Below the pieces are notes generated by a model. The model made no database searches. It saw only the letters and a list, made by a program, of their open reading frames with translations, and had not been told where the DNA came from. Below are positions 18,622 to 29,602 of a DNA stretch of 64,000 bases, piece after piece. The stretch comes from a bacterium (GTDB lineage: Bacteria > Patescibacteriota > Minisyncoccia > UBA6257 > HR35): the NCBI GenBank assembly GCA_041640295.1, contig JBEQAR010000003.1, forward strand, positions 6,489-70,488, given 5' to 3'. Position numbers and translations under genes: made by a program. Numbering within the stretch: the first letter of the stretch is position 1; the number at the start of each line of letters is the position of its first letter.

Positions 18622-20304
18622 CTATTTAGCTGCACTTTTTATAAATTCAATAAACAATGGATGGGGATAAAGAAATCTTGATTTAAATTCTGGATGAAAC
18701 TGAGTACCGAGAAAGAAAGGATGGATTTTGGAAGGAAGCTCACCGATTTCCACCAATAAACCTTTTTGTGATATTCCTGAAAAAACAAATCCGTATTTTT
18801 GTAAAATTTTGTGATATTTAGGATTAATTTCATAACGATGACGATGTCTTTCTAAAACCGCGAACTGTCGCAAACGGTACGCGGACTGTTGCAAACCTTG
18901 TCTGCGGTAGTCTGCGTCTTTATAAGCTTTATAAGCAATTGTTCCTTTTTTAATTTGGCATTCCCAATTACCAAGTCTCATTGTCCCTCCATACAGTTTT
19001 TCTTTTAATAATTTCTTTTGTTCTTCTAAAATATCAACAACCGGATATTTCGTTTTAGGATTAACTTCAGTAGTATGAGCTCCTTTTAAGCCACAAACAT
19101 TGCGAGCAAATTCAACTACCATTAGTTGCAACCCATAACACAAGCCAAAGCAAGGAATTTTATTTTCTCGGCAATACTGAATTGCTAAAATTTTTCCCTC
19201 AACTCCTCGAGAACCAAAACCACCAGGAATAATAATCCCGTGATAATTTTTTAATTCTTCTAATTTATTTTTATTATTTTCATATTCTTCAGAATTTAAC
19301 CAAACGATTTTGGGTCGATAGCCCAAATACCAACTTGCATGTTTTATGGCTTCAATAACGGAAATATAAGCATCTGACAAAATAAAATCTCCAGTTTGAA
19401 AATATTTTCCAACAATACCTATTTTAATTTCTTTGTTTAACCTTTCAATATTTATTATCTTTTTCTGCCAAAGATTAAAACTTGTAATTTGAAATTTCTT
19501 ATTTTTTAAATTTAACTTTAATAATATTTTTCTTCCTAAATTTTCTTTTTCAAAGTTTAGGGGTATTTTATAGATGTTTGTTTCATCTGGAGCAGAGATA
19601 ATAAATTGATGATTCATATTGCAATTAAAAGCTATTTTTTCCTTTCTGGGTTGATCTAATGGTTTAATAGCTCGAGCCAAAACAAAATCTGGCTGAAGAC
19701 CAACTGAGTTAAGGGTTCGGATAGCATATTGGGTTGGTTTAGTTTTTAATTCTCCACCTTCGCCTTGATAAGGTAAATAACTAACTAAAATTAAAATAAC
19801 ATCTTTGGGATTTTGAAGTTTAAGAATTCTTGCTGCCTCTAAAAATAAAACATTTTGATATTCACCTACTGTTCCACCAATTTCAACAATAACAATCTCT
19901 GCTTTAGTTAATTTTTGAGCTTGATTAATTTTTTCAATAACTTCTAAGGGAACATGAGGAACAACTTCAACACACTTACCATCAAAATACAAACTTCTTT
20001 CTTTCTGAATTAATGAGAGATAAACGCTTCCTGTAGTCATATAATTTTCTTTGGTAAATTCCTTATTCAAAAATCTTTCATAATGCCCCATATCTTGATC
20101 ACATTCAGTTCCATCCTTTAGAACAAAAACTTCACCATGCTCAATTGGATTCATTGTTCCCGCATCGACATTAACATAAGGATCAATTTTGAGACAAGTA
20201 GTTTTATAGCCGTGCCATTCTAAAATTCGAGCAATTGAGGCGGTAGCAATTCCCTTACCCACTCCAGACATTACTCCCCCACAAATAAAAATATATTTTG
20301 CCAT
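18622..20304 (-). CDS. pyrG: CTP synthase
   Basis: MAKYIFICGGVMSGVGKGIATASI N-terminus, GATase domain with GLCYGLQ and ERHRHRYE. About 19 aa are inserted before ERHRHRYE and are encoded by a GC-rich patch. Confidence 0.9.
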   Translation of the reverse strand: MAKYIFICGGVMSGVGKGIATASIARILEWHGYKTTCLKIDPYVNVDAGTMNPIEHGEVFVLKDGTECDQDMGHYERFLNKEFTKENYMTTGSVYLSLIQKERSLYFDGKCVEVVPHVPLEVIEKINQAQKLTKAEIVIVEIGGTVGEYQNVLFLEAARILKLQNPKDVILILVSYLPYQGEGGELKTKPTQYAIRTLNSVGLQPDFVLARAIKPLDQPRKEKIAFNCNMNHQFIISAPDETNIYKIPLNFEKENLGRKILLKLNLKNKKFQITSFNLWQKKIINIERLNKEIKIGIVGKYFQTGDFILSDAYISVIEAIKHASWYLGYRPKIVWLNSEEYENNKNKLEELKNYHGIIIPGGFGSRGVEGKILAIQYCRENKIPCFGLCYGLQLMVVEFARNVCGLKGAHTTEVNPKTKYPVVDILEEQKKLLKEKLYGGTMRLGNWECQIKKGTIAYKAYKDADYRRQGLQQSAYRLRQFAVLERHRHRYEINPKYHKILQKYGFVFSGISQKGLLVEIGELPSKIHPFFLGTQFHPEFKSRFLYPHPLFIEFIKSAAK

Positions 20305-20343
20305 TGGTATGTTAAAAATTAATTTTTATTTTAAAACAAAATT

Positions 20344-22977
20344 TTAAATATTTCTTATTTTTAATATCCTCATAATAAATTTATAAATTTCTCCCACAAA
20401 AAATATTAATGAACTTAAAAAGAAAATAACTATAAATTCGGTTATCCTTATTTCAGAAAATTTTAAAATATCTCTTAAGGCTGGATTGAAAATAACAAAA
20501 TATTGCAAAAAAACCGAGAAGATAGCTCCAACTAATAAATAAACATTGAGCTTGAAGCTTAAAGTAAAAATACTTTTGTGTAATGATCTTAAATTAATAG
20601 CATTAAATATTTGGGTAAGGCTCATAATTAAAAAAGCATAAGTTCTAGCTTTATCTAAATTAAATAAATATTCACTAGAAAAAATTAAGATTGTTAGAAT
20701 CATCATAGTCGTAGCCATAATCAAAAGAAATGGAATAAGGTCTAAAGTAATTAATGATTCTTTAGGGTGACGGGGTTTCGTTTTCATTTCATACCCATGC
20801 TCTTTTTCAAAAGCTAAAGTGGTACCAACTAAAGTATCAGTGACAAAATTTAAAAATAAAATATGGGTTGGTTTTAAAATAAACGGATAGCCTAAAATCA
20901 AAGATGTTAAAATAGTAAAAGCTTCAGCAACATTAGTAGTAATTAAGAAGAAAACAACCTTTTTTAAATTATTAAAAATTTTTCTTCCTTCAGTAAAACC
21001 AGCAACTAAACTTTCTAAATTATCATCAACTAAAATAATATCACTGGCTGATTTAGCAATTTCTGAACCTCTTTTTCCCATACAAACACCAACTTCAGCT
21101 TTTTTAAGTCCTAATACATCATTAACACCATCACCTATATAAGCAACACTATAACCTAATTTTTGATAAAGCTCTAAAATTTTTAATTTCGTTTCTGGGG
21201 TAATACGGGCGAGAATATAAGTATTTTTTAATTGCTCCAATAATTCTTTTTCACTTAATTTTTCAATCTCAGTTTCATCCAAAGCATTTAAATTTTCAAA
21301 ACCAATTTCTTTAGCAATATAAATAGCGGTTGCTTTATGATCTCCAGTTAAAATTCTAATATCAACACCAGCTTGTTTTAATTTTTGAATAGTTTCTTTA
21401 ACTTCTTTTTTAGGTGGATCATATAAAGCAATCAAACCAACAAAAATTAAATTTTCTTCTTTTTCACCTTCATTAAACGCAACAGCTAAAACCGAAAAGC
21501 CATTTTCGGCATATTGCAAGCCTTGATTTAAAATTTCATTTTTATTTTTAAATTCTTCTACACCCTTATAAGACAAAATAAATTCACAGTCATCAATAAT
21601 TTTTTCAAAAGCACCCAAATAATAAGATTCAATTCTCTCATGTTCAACGATGGCTCTTTTATGTTTCTTTACTCGCAAAAACGATTCTCTTTTCTTGATT
21701 TTTTCAACGGCTAAAACATTTTCTTTTTTAATACCAGCTTTTTCTAAAAGAATTATTAAAGCAATATCTCGAGCACTACCTTTTGTTTTGATTTCACTAC
21801 CATCTTTAATAATTTTTCCCTCGGTTAAAACGGCTAAAATATTTAAAAGCTTAACCAAAGGATAATTTTCAAAAATGTTTATTTCTTTTCTGTTTTTCAA
21901 AAATTTTCCTTCTAAATTTAAGCCTTCGCCAGTTATTTCAATTTCTTCATTATCGACGAAAATTTTTCTAGCAGTCATTAAATTCTCAGTTAAAGTACCA
22001 GTTTTATCAGAAAGCAAAAGGTTAATTACTGATAAATTTTCTGTTGCTTTTAAGTTTTTAACTAAAATATTCTTTTTATATAAGGCATAAGCGCTAACAA
22101 CTAAAATAACAGTAATAATAACAGGAAGACCCTCGGGAATTGATGACACAAGACTAGATAAAACAAAAAGTAAAGTATCTGACCAAGGATAAGATCTTTG
22201 AAAAGAAAAATAAAAAATTAATATTGAAGTTGAGAGCGCTATTAAAATCATTTTCAAAATTAAATCTTTAGCGAGCTTCTCAAAATGGGGGGTAGTTCTT
22301 TCAATTTTTTTAAATTTTTTATATATTTTTCCTAAATAAGTTTCTAAAGCAGTCGCAACAACAATCCCTTTGCCCTTACCTTCAACAACATAACTGCCCA
22401 TAAAACCAATATTTTTCATTTCAGGAATTTGCGTTTGTTCTGGTAAGGTTTTAATGTCTTTTTCTACTGGCAAAGACTCACCAGTTAAAATTGATTCATC
22501 AATTCTTAAATCATCAACCTCAAATAATCTTAAATCAGCAGGTATGATATCACCTTCTTCAATATAAACAATATCACCAGGAACAATATTTTCAGCTTCA
22601 ATTTCTTTAATTTCGCCATCCCTTAAAACCTTAGCTTTTGGTTTAAAAAGTTGTTTTAGTTTTTCTAATGTTTTTTCTGTTCTTAATTCAAAAAAGAAAC
22701 CAATAAAAACATTAACTAAAATTATTAAAAGGACAACAAAAAAATCAGCGTATTTTTCTAAATAAAAGGTGAGAATTAAAACAAAAAATAAAACAATATT
22801 AAAAATATTTTTAAATTGCTTCAAAAAAATTAAGATTAAAGATTCTTTTTCTTCGGGTAGTAAATTTTTATTAAATTTCTTTAACCTCTCCTGAGCTTCA
22901 CTTTCTTTTAAGCCACTAAGGTTAGTATTTAATTCAATTAAAATTTGTTCAATAGAAATTGAATGCCAATTTTTCAT
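20344..22977 (-). CDS. Cation-transporting P-type ATPase (type II, Ca/Mg-like)
   Basis: TGES, DKTGTLT and GDGVNDVLGLKKAEVG motifs. 877 aa with 8-10 TM helices. Confidence 0.85.
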   Translation of the reverse strand: MKNWHSISIEQILIELNTNLSGLKESEAQERLKKFNKNLLPEEKESLILIFLKQFKNIFNIVLFFVLILTFYLEKYADFFVVLLIILVNVFIGFFFELRTEKTLEKLKQLFKPKAKVLRDGEIKEIEAENIVPGDIVYIEEGDIIPADLRLFEVDDLRIDESILTGESLPVEKDIKTLPEQTQIPEMKNIGFMGSYVVEGKGKGIVVATALETYLGKIYKKFKKIERTTPHFEKLAKDLILKMILIALSTSILIFYFSFQRSYPWSDTLLFVLSSLVSSIPEGLPVIITVILVVSAYALYKKNILVKNLKATENLSVINLLLSDKTGTLTENLMTARKIFVDNEEIEITGEGLNLEGKFLKNRKEINIFENYPLVKLLNILAVLTEGKIIKDGSEIKTKGSARDIALIILLEKAGIKKENVLAVEKIKKRESFLRVKKHKRAIVEHERIESYYLGAFEKIIDDCEFILSYKGVEEFKNKNEILNQGLQYAENGFSVLAVAFNEGEKEENLIFVGLIALYDPPKKEVKETIQKLKQAGVDIRILTGDHKATAIYIAKEIGFENLNALDETEIEKLSEKELLEQLKNTYILARITPETKLKILELYQKLGYSVAYIGDGVNDVLGLKKAEVGVCMGKRGSEIAKSASDIILVDDNLESLVAGFTEGRKIFNNLKKVVFFLITTNVAEAFTILTSLILGYPFILKPTHILFLNFVTDTLVGTTLAFEKEHGYEMKTKPRHPKESLITLDLIPFLLIMATTMMILTILIFSSEYLFNLDKARTYAFLIMSLTQIFNAINLRSLHKSIFTLSFKLNVYLLVGAIFSVFLQYFVIFNPALRDILKFSEIRITEFIVIFFLSSLIFFVGEIYKFIMRILKIRNI

Positions 22978-23001
22978 TTAAATTAAATTTTACCTTAAAT
23001 T

Positions 23002-24759
23002 TTAAACTTTGATAACAACTGGTATAACAACTGGTCTTCTTTTAGTTTTTAAATATAGAAATTGAGAAATTTCCTCTTTAAGAGAGTATTTTATTTGTTC
23101 TTCTTGAATAACTGAAGCTTCATCACCTAAATATTTTGTATTTTTTGCTACAATTTCTCTAACTAAATTTCTTACTTCATTTAATAAATCCTTAGATTCC
23201 TTCAAAAAGATAAAACCTCGAGAAATAATATCGGGACTGGTTTTAATTTCTCCTGTTTGAGCATCAATATTAACAACTACTACAAAAATACCCTCTTCAG
23301 CTAAAGCTTTTCTATCTCGCAAAACTAAATCTCCAATATTTCCTAAACCTAAACCATCAACATAAATCAAGTTAGCTGGGACCCTTTCTTTGGTTAGTTC
23401 TATTCTATCACCATACATTTTTACTACTTGACCATTAGAAGAAATAATAATTTTTTCTCGAGGAATACCCAAATCAATACCAATTTCTTCAACTGCTTTC
23501 ATCATAAAATAATGACCATGAACGGGCATTAAATAATTCGGCTTAACTAAATTAATAAATAATCTAATATCATCAGCGAAGGCATGACCAGAAGCGTGAA
23601 TATCCATCATCTGATAATGATAAATTTTTGCTCCCTGCTTAGTAAGAGTATCTTTAAGTGTTTGAATAATTCGTTCATTGCCTGGAATAACTGAAGAGGA
23701 AAAAATAACTGAGTCATTATTAATGATTTTAAAATATCTATGTTCTTTATTAGCTATTCTCATTAGTGCTGAACCTTCTTCAGCTTGAGATCCAGTACAA
23801 ATAATCAAAACTCGATGAGGCGGTAATTTAAATGATTCCTCTGGCCTAATAAAAATTCCTTTTTCATATTTTAAATATCCTAATCTTTTTGTTACTTCAA
23901 CATTTATTCTCATTGTATGTCCATCAATTACAACTTTTCGGCCATAAATACCAGCTAAATAAATTAATTGCTGAATTCTTTCAATTAAAGAAGCAAAAGT
24001 AGAAGCAATAATTCTACCTTTAGCTTTTTTAAAAATATCTTCAAGATTTTCCATAATTTTTCTTTCTGAAATAATATGTCCTGGTTCAGGAGCATTAGTT
24101 GAATCAATCATCAAAAGATCAACTCCTTGTTGAGCTAATTTTACTACTCGAGATAAGTCTGCTGGTTTATCAAAAAAGGGCGTGAAATCAATTTTAAAGT
24201 CACCAGTATGCACAATATTACCTACCGGAGTTTTAATAAAAAACCCAATTGAGTCTGGAATATTGTGATTAACATGAAAATACTCAATGAAAAAATCTCC
24301 TAATTTAATTGGTTTATACTCTTCTTTTTTTATTTCATAAATTTCTAATTTTTGTAATTTCGGAAAGTCTTCTTGTCTTTTGATAATTAGTCCTTTAGTT
24401 AGAGGAGTAGTATAAATAGGAGGATAATTTAATCTTTCAATAATATAAGGAATAGCGCCAATATGATCATAATGTCCATGAGTTATTAAAATTCCTAAAA
24501 TCTTATCTTTTTTTTCTTCTAGATAACTGATATCAGGAATAATATAATCAACACCTAAAACATTTTCAGCTTCAGGATAACCTAAACCTACATCTAAAAT
24601 TAAAATTTGTTCAGGACCCTTTTCTGGACACCATTCAAATACCGTTAAATTACGACCAACTTCTTCTAAACCACCTAAAGCAATAATTTTTAAAAACCCT
24701 TCCTTTTTTAATTGTTTAATTTTTCTTTTAACTGCTACTTGTTGACCTACAGTTACCAT
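23002..24759 (-). CDS. rnj: Ribonuclease J (metallo-beta-lactamase / beta-CASP)
   Basis: ITHGHYDHIGAIPY (HxHxDH). beta-CASP architecture. 585 aa. Confidence 0.85.
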   Translation of the reverse strand: MVTVGQQVAVKRKIKQLKKEGFLKIIALGGLEEVGRNLTVFEWCPEKGPEQILILDVGLGYPEAENVLGVDYIIPDISYLEEKKDKILGILITHGHYDHIGAIPYIIERLNYPPIYTTPLTKGLIIKRQEDFPKLQKLEIYEIKKEEYKPIKLGDFFIEYFHVNHNIPDSIGFFIKTPVGNIVHTGDFKIDFTPFFDKPADLSRVVKLAQQGVDLLMIDSTNAPEPGHIISERKIMENLEDIFKKAKGRIIASTFASLIERIQQLIYLAGIYGRKVVIDGHTMRINVEVTKRLGYLKYEKGIFIRPEESFKLPPHRVLIICTGSQAEEGSALMRIANKEHRYFKIINNDSVIFSSSVIPGNERIIQTLKDTLTKQGAKIYHYQMMDIHASGHAFADDIRLFINLVKPNYLMPVHGHYFMMKAVEEIGIDLGIPREKIIISSNGQVVKMYGDRIELTKERVPANLIYVDGLGLGNIGDLVLRDRKALAEEGIFVVVVNIDAQTGEIKTSPDIISRGFIFLKESKDLLNEVRNLVREIVAKNTKYLGDEASVIQEEQIKYSLKEEISQFLYLKTKRRPVVIPVVIKV

Positions 24760-24806
24760 AATATCGCAAATTAATTAGATTAATTACGACTTAATTGATT
24801 GTGGAT

Positions 24807-24892
24807 TGCCGAGGGCCGGACTCGAACCGGCAAGGATTTTAACATCCACAAGGTTCTGAACCTTGCGCGTTTACCAATTTCGCCACCTCGGC
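24807..24892 (-). tRNA. tRNA-Leu (anticodon CAG), class II with long variable arm
   Basis: Reverse complement folds as GCCGAGG ... caagg-ttCAGaa-ccttg ... long variable arm ... GGTTCGAGTCC ... CCTCGGC. Confidence 0.8.
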
Positions 24893-24903
24893 TTATTTTA
24901 AGT

Positions 24904-25308
24904 TTACCTAAGAATAAAAATTCTTAAATTCTTTAATTCTTGATTGTCTTTTTCTACAGTAAAATTGAATTTCCATTCAAAAGGAGATGTTAATACTTTA
25001 GTAGCAATCAAACCGGAAATGGTTTTAATTTCTGGATTAATTTCAGGTAAACTAAAATATGAATTAATATCTTGATAAGTTAACGATTTATCTGTTGCTG
25101 GTAAATAGTCATTATTTGAAATTTCATTTAAGGCTAAATTAAGTGATGAATATTGACCATAAAAAATTTTAGTATTAGCTATAATTAGATTAGAAAATTG
25201 CATTTCTTTAAAAAACACAAAACCAAATAAAACTAAAAAGGTTAAACTTAAAATAAAAATTAAAATTAAAAAAGAAAAAGAAGCTTGACCAATATTTAAA
25301 AACTCCAT
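24904..25308 (-). CDS. Small membrane-anchored protein, possibly a minor pilin-like protein
   Basis: N-terminal hydrophobic helix MEFLNIGQASFSFLILIF. No Glu at +5. Overlaps and follows two prepilin-like genes. Confidence 0.35.
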   Translation of the reverse strand: MEFLNIGQASFSFLILIFILSLTFLVLFGFVFFKEMQFSNLIIANTKIFYGQYSSLNLALNEISNNDYLPATDKSLTYQDINSYFSLPEINPEIKTISGLIATKVLTSPFEWKFNFTVEKDNQELKNLRIFILR

Positions 25309-25775
25309 AAATATAAAGTAGTTGTTAAATTTAATATTTGATCGTTTGATATATTAGACATCTTGATAAAAACATTGTAGAAATCGGAAGTAGTAGAAAC
25401 ATTAAACTCATTAATATTAATTTTTTCTGAAGTAAACGGTGCGCTGGTTGATTCATCTTCCAAATAAAGACGACTGCTTGTTAAAAATATCTTTTCATAA
25501 CCACCTGGATTGAGATTAAATTTTATACTAGTAGCCGTTGCCTCAACTGATGTAGCTATGATTGAATTAAAATAAAGCTTGTTCAAAATCTTAAAACTTT
25601 CGTTCCTAAAAGTAACTTTGTCTAAATAGATATTAGAATAAAATATTATACTATAAAAAATTGATATTGCCAAAAGGCTTAAAATGCTAATTACTGCAAT
25701 ATAAATAAGCAATTCTATTAAGGTAAAAGCTTGATTATGATTATTATTCCGGGGTTGATAATTGGATCTTATCAT
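25296..25775 (-). CDS. Type IV prepilin-like (pseudopilin) protein
   Basis: Class III signal motif QAFTLIELLIYIAVISIL (conserved F-T-L-I-E, Glu at +5 of the hydrophobic segment; no Gly at -1). Confidence 0.6.
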   Translation of the reverse strand: MIRSNYQPRNNNHNQAFTLIELLIYIAVISILSLLAISIFYSIIFYSNIYLDKVTFRNESFKILNKLYFNSIIATSVEATATSIKFNLNPGGYEKIFLTSSRLYLEDESTSAPFTSEKININEFNVSTTSDFYNVFIKMSNISNDQILNLTTTLYLWSF

Positions 25776-26280
25776 TTATTTGAATGCCTTGTGATTTTTG
25801 ATAATATTGATTAACATTAGGATTGGTTGTCAAATCGATAACTGTATCGGTTGCTACTTCCCATTTATCTTGAATGAATATTTTATCTTTCAAACCAGAT
25901 AATAATAAAGGAAAAGAATAAACATTAAATGGTGATTGAATATAAACAGTAATTAAATTATCTTTATTAATTTCAAACCATTGATAATAATCATTGTTAA
26001 AATTTTCTTTACCAATTTTAATTTCATAACCTGTAGTTGTTGGTGATAAAAAATAAGGTTGATCAACTAATAAAGATTCAAATTGAGAAAACGATTTTCT
26101 TGATAAACCAATTAGAATATTTTGATAATTTAATGACCTGTTAAAAACAATGATTGATTCTTCAATAGATTGAATAAATTTCGGCACGGCGTTAAAAATT
26201 AAAAATAATATTAAAGATAAAAAAGCTAAAATCAATATTCCAACTAAAACCTCAACAAGTAATTGACCATTAAATAGCAT
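25744..26280 (-). CDS. Type IV prepilin-like protein
   Basis: NGQLLVEVLVGILILAF: Gly at -1 and Glu at +5 of the hydrophobic helix. Confidence 0.5.
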   Translation of the reverse strand: MLFNGQLLVEVLVGILILAFLSLILFLIFNAVPKFIQSIEESIIVFNRSLNYQNILIGLSRKSFSQFESLLVDQPYFLSPTTTGYEIKIGKENFNNDYYQWFEINKDNLITVYIQSPFNVYSFPLLLSGLKDKIFIQDKWEVATDTVIDLTTNPNVNQYYQKSQGIQINDKIQLSTPE

Positions 26281-26285
26281 TTAAA

Positions 26286-28415
26286 TTATTTTTTTATCGG
26301 TTGTCTATTGTTAATAATATTATCAAATAAATACTGAGGTACTTCTTGATAATTAGAAAACTCCATATAACTAAAACCTCTTCCTTGAGTAAGCGATCTT
26401 AGAACAGTAACATAACCAAACATTTCTGCTAAAGGAACTTTAGCTAAAATTTTTTTCATTTCTCCTGTATCCACAACTTCTTCAATTTTTGCCCTTCGGC
26501 TAGCTAAATCTCCAGTAACATCCCCCAAAAATTCTGTTGGTACAAAAACTTCTAATTTCATTATTGGTTCTAAAAATATTGGATTAGCTTTTTTCACTGC
26601 ATCTTTTAAGGCAATTTCAGCAGCGATTTTAAAGGCTAAATCAGAAGAGTCAACTTCATGAAAAGAACCATCAAAAAGGGTTACCTTAATATCTGTTACT
26701 GGATAACCAGCGATTACCCCTTTTTCAATTGTCTCTCTAATTCCCTTTTCAACTGCCGGGATAAAATTATCAGGGATAACACCGCTTCTAATTGCATTAA
26801 TAAACTCAAAACCTTTATTTCTTTCTAATGGCTCTACTTTAATTACCACATGACCATATTGACCGCGCCCACCACTTTGCCTAATATATTTTCCTTCACT
26901 CTCTACTGATTTAGTAATTGTTTCGCGATAAGCCACTTGAGGAGCACCAACATTTGTTTCAACTTTAAATTCTCTCTTGAGACGATCTACCATAATTTCT
27001 AAATGTAATTCACCCATGCCACCGATTAAGGTATCACCAGTTTCTGGATCAACTTTGATTTTGAATGTTGGATCTTCATCGCTTAATGCTTTTAAATAAA
27101 CACCCATTTTTTCTTGATCTTGTTTTGTTTTAGGCTCAATTTTCATCCAAATAACCGGATCAGCGAATTTTATTGATTCTAAAATAATTGGCGCTTTGGG
27201 ACTGCAAATTGTATCACCGGTTTTTAAATCTTTAATACCAACAATAGCACCAATATCGCCAGCAAATAGTTCTTCAACTTCTTCTCTTTGATTGGCATGC
27301 ATAATCACCAACCTACCTATCTTGAACGATTCGTTAGTTCTTGTATTTAAAACAACATCTCCTCTTTTTAAAGTACCAGAGTAAACCCTAATATAAACCA
27401 AGGTACCAACAAAAGGATCAATAGCTAACTTAAATGCTAATGATGAAAAAGGTTCTTGGTCATTTGGTTTTCTTGAAACTTCTAAATTTGTTTTTGGATC
27501 AAATCCTTTAATTTCAACCAAATCAACTGGTGAGGGTAAAAAATCTACCACGCCATCTAATACTAATTGAACTCCTTTATTCTTTAAAGAAGAACCACAA
27601 TAAACAGGAATAAATTCGTATCGAATACATGCTCGCCTAATTGCTGATCTAATATCGTTTTCGTTAAAATTTTCTTCTAAATATTTATTCATAAATTCTT
27701 CGTCAGATTCAGCTAATTTTTCTAACATCAATTTTCGATAATGTTGAGCTTCAGAAAGTAAATTTTCGGGAATATCTTTTCTAACCAACCGATCACCTTT
27801 TTCTCCCTCAAAATAAACTGCTTGCATCGTAATTAAATCAATAACTCCACTAAAGTTTTCTTCTCTACCAATAGGAATAGTTACTGGTACAGCGTTTTTG
27901 GTTAATCGATCGTTAATTGATTTAAGCGAATCTTCGAAACTAGCCCCCATTCTATCTAATTTATTAATAAAACAAATTCTAGGAACTCGATATTTATCAG
28001 CCTGATGCCAAACTGTTTCTGATTGAGCTTCAACCCCCTGAACACCATCAAAAACAACTACAGCTCCATCTAAAACCCTAAGTGACCTTTCGACTTCAGC
28101 TGTAAAATCAACATGACCAGGAGTATCAATGATGTTAATTTTATATTCTCCTTTAATTCTTTCTTCTTTTGTTTCAGCTTCCTTTAAATAACTTTGTGTC
28201 CAGAAACAAGTAACCGCAGCAGCAGTAATTGTAATTCCTCTTTCTCTTTCTTGCGGCATCCAGTCAGTAACTGTCGTTCCTTCATGAACTTCACCAATTT
28301 TGTGAGAAATTCCAGTGTAATACAAAATTCTCTCAGTAGTTGTTGTTTTCCCAGCATCAATATGAGCAATAATTCCAATATTTCTTGTTTTTTCAATTGG
28401 ATATGTTCTGGCCAT
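26286..28415 (-). CDS. fusA: Elongation factor G
   Basis: [20 protein letters not shown] and the full EF-G domain order. 709 aa. Downstream of rpsL-rpsG. Confidence 0.95.
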   Translation of the reverse strand: MARTYPIEKTRNIGIIAHIDAGKTTTTERILYYTGISHKIGEVHEGTTVTDWMPQERERGITITAAAVTCFWTQSYLKEAETKEERIKGEYKINIIDTPGHVDFTAEVERSLRVLDGAVVVFDGVQGVEAQSETVWHQADKYRVPRICFINKLDRMGASFEDSLKSINDRLTKNAVPVTIPIGREENFSGVIDLITMQAVYFEGEKGDRLVRKDIPENLLSEAQHYRKLMLEKLAESDEEFMNKYLEENFNENDIRSAIRRACIRYEFIPVYCGSSLKNKGVQLVLDGVVDFLPSPVDLVEIKGFDPKTNLEVSRKPNDQEPFSSLAFKLAIDPFVGTLVYIRVYSGTLKRGDVVLNTRTNESFKIGRLVIMHANQREEVEELFAGDIGAIVGIKDLKTGDTICSPKAPIILESIKFADPVIWMKIEPKTKQDQEKMGVYLKALSDEDPTFKIKVDPETGDTLIGGMGELHLEIMVDRLKREFKVETNVGAPQVAYRETITKSVESEGKYIRQSGGRGQYGHVVIKVEPLERNKGFEFINAIRSGVIPDNFIPAVEKGIRETIEKGVIAGYPVTDIKVTLFDGSFHEVDSSDLAFKIAAEIALKDAVKKANPIFLEPIMKLEVFVPTEFLGDVTGDLASRRAKIEEVVDTGEMKKILAKVPLAEMFGYVTVLRSLTQGRGFSYMEFSNYQEVPQYLFDNIINNRQPIKK

Positions 28416-28475
28416 TTTTAGTATAAATTACAATTTAGAATTTAAAAAGTTTATGTTAATTAAATAAATCTTGTT

Positions 28476-28967
28476 TTATTTTTTCTTTTTCCTTCCCCAC
28501 CAAGCAAAGTGGGCAAAAGCTTTATTAGCTTCAGCTTGTTTTTGTAATTCAATTTTCTTCTTAATTGCTTCTCCTTCATTATTATAAGCAGCAATCAATT
28601 CTTCAGCTAATTTAATATAAGTTGGTTTACCTTTTCTTTTTCTTGCTGCTTCAATAATCCATTTAACTGCTTTATAAAATGCTCTATCAGGATTTACTTG
28701 CCTAGGAACTAAATAACTTGCTCCAGCAATTTTCCTCGGCCAAACTTCGACAGCTGGTGCTACATTTTTGATTGCCTGCTGAAAAATTTTAAAACCATCT
28801 TGATTAGTTTTTTCCCGAATATAGTCTATAGCTGAATAAAAAATTTTTTGAGCTTTAGCTTTTTTACCATCTTTCATTAAATTATTAATAAATCTCGTTG
28901 CAGCAACGCTATTATAAACAGGATCGGCTTTCCACTTTCGTTTAATAATTATCTTACGTCTTGGCAT
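28476..28967 (-). CDS. rpsG: 30S ribosomal protein S7
   Basis: [20 protein letters not shown]... S7 signature. 163 aa. Confidence 0.9.
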   Translation of the reverse strand: MPRRKIIIKRKWKADPVYNSVAATRFINNLMKDGKKAKAQKIFYSAIDYIREKTNQDGFKIFQQAIKNVAPAVEVWPRKIAGASYLVPRQVNPDRAFYKAVKWIIEAARKRKGKPTYIKLAEELIAAYNNEGEAIKKKIELQKQAEANKAFAHFAWWGRKKKK

Positions 28968-29377
28968 TATTTTTCTCTTTTAGCACCGTATAATGAGCGT
29001 CCTTGTCTTCTTCCTTCAACACCTGTAGCATCATAAACACCACGAACAATGTGGTATCTTACTCCAGGTAAATCTTTGACTCGACCACCTCTAACTAAAA
29101 CAATTGAGTGTTCTTGAAGATTATGACCAATACCTGGAATATAAGCAGTTACTTCTTTACCATTACTCAATCTTACTTTAGCTACTTTTCTTAAAGCAGA
29201 GTTAGGTTTTTTGGGTGTCATTGTATAGACTCTAATACACACACCTCGTTTAAATGGTGATGGATGATATTTTTCTTTTTTTTGAAGAGAATTAAAAATA
29301 TAAAGCAAGGCGGTTGCTCGCTTTTTAGCTATTCTTTTCTTTCTTCCTTTTCTTATTAATTGATTAATTGTTGGCAT
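28967..29377 (-). CDS. rpsL: 30S ribosomal protein S12
   Basis: [14 protein letters not shown] ... [11 protein letters not shown]... canonical S12. Confidence 0.95.
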   Translation of the reverse strand: MPTINQLIRKGRKKRIAKKRATALLYIFNSLQKKEKYHPSPFKRGVCIRVYTMTPKKPNSALRKVAKVRLSNGKEVTAYIPGIGHNLQEHSIVLVRGGRVKDLPGVRYHIVRGVYDATGVEGRRQGRSLYGAKREK

Positions 29378-29602
29378 TATCTTGAAAAAAAATTAAATAA
29401 TATAAAATAATTTTCAAAAATTATCTAACTTAAAGAAAGAATATTTAAGATATAAATTATAAAACAAATTTTCAAAAAAATCAAACTAACACCGATCTTA
29501 AATTATACTTGGTATTTGCAATATTTTAGTAAATAAGTGAAATTTCCGAATTGAATTATAGCGCCTTCTTTTTTATTATCTTATCTTTGAATATTTTTCT
29601 TT

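Noticed and set aside
21650-22090. Two 71-aa plus-strand ORFs inside the P-type ATPase gene
   Set aside because: Antisense to an intact 877-aa gene with all P-type motifs. Typical shadow ORFs.
28184-28421. ORFs on both strands near the fusA 5' end
   Set aside because: Embedded in fusA. The EF-G N-terminal G-domain is unambiguous in the other frame.
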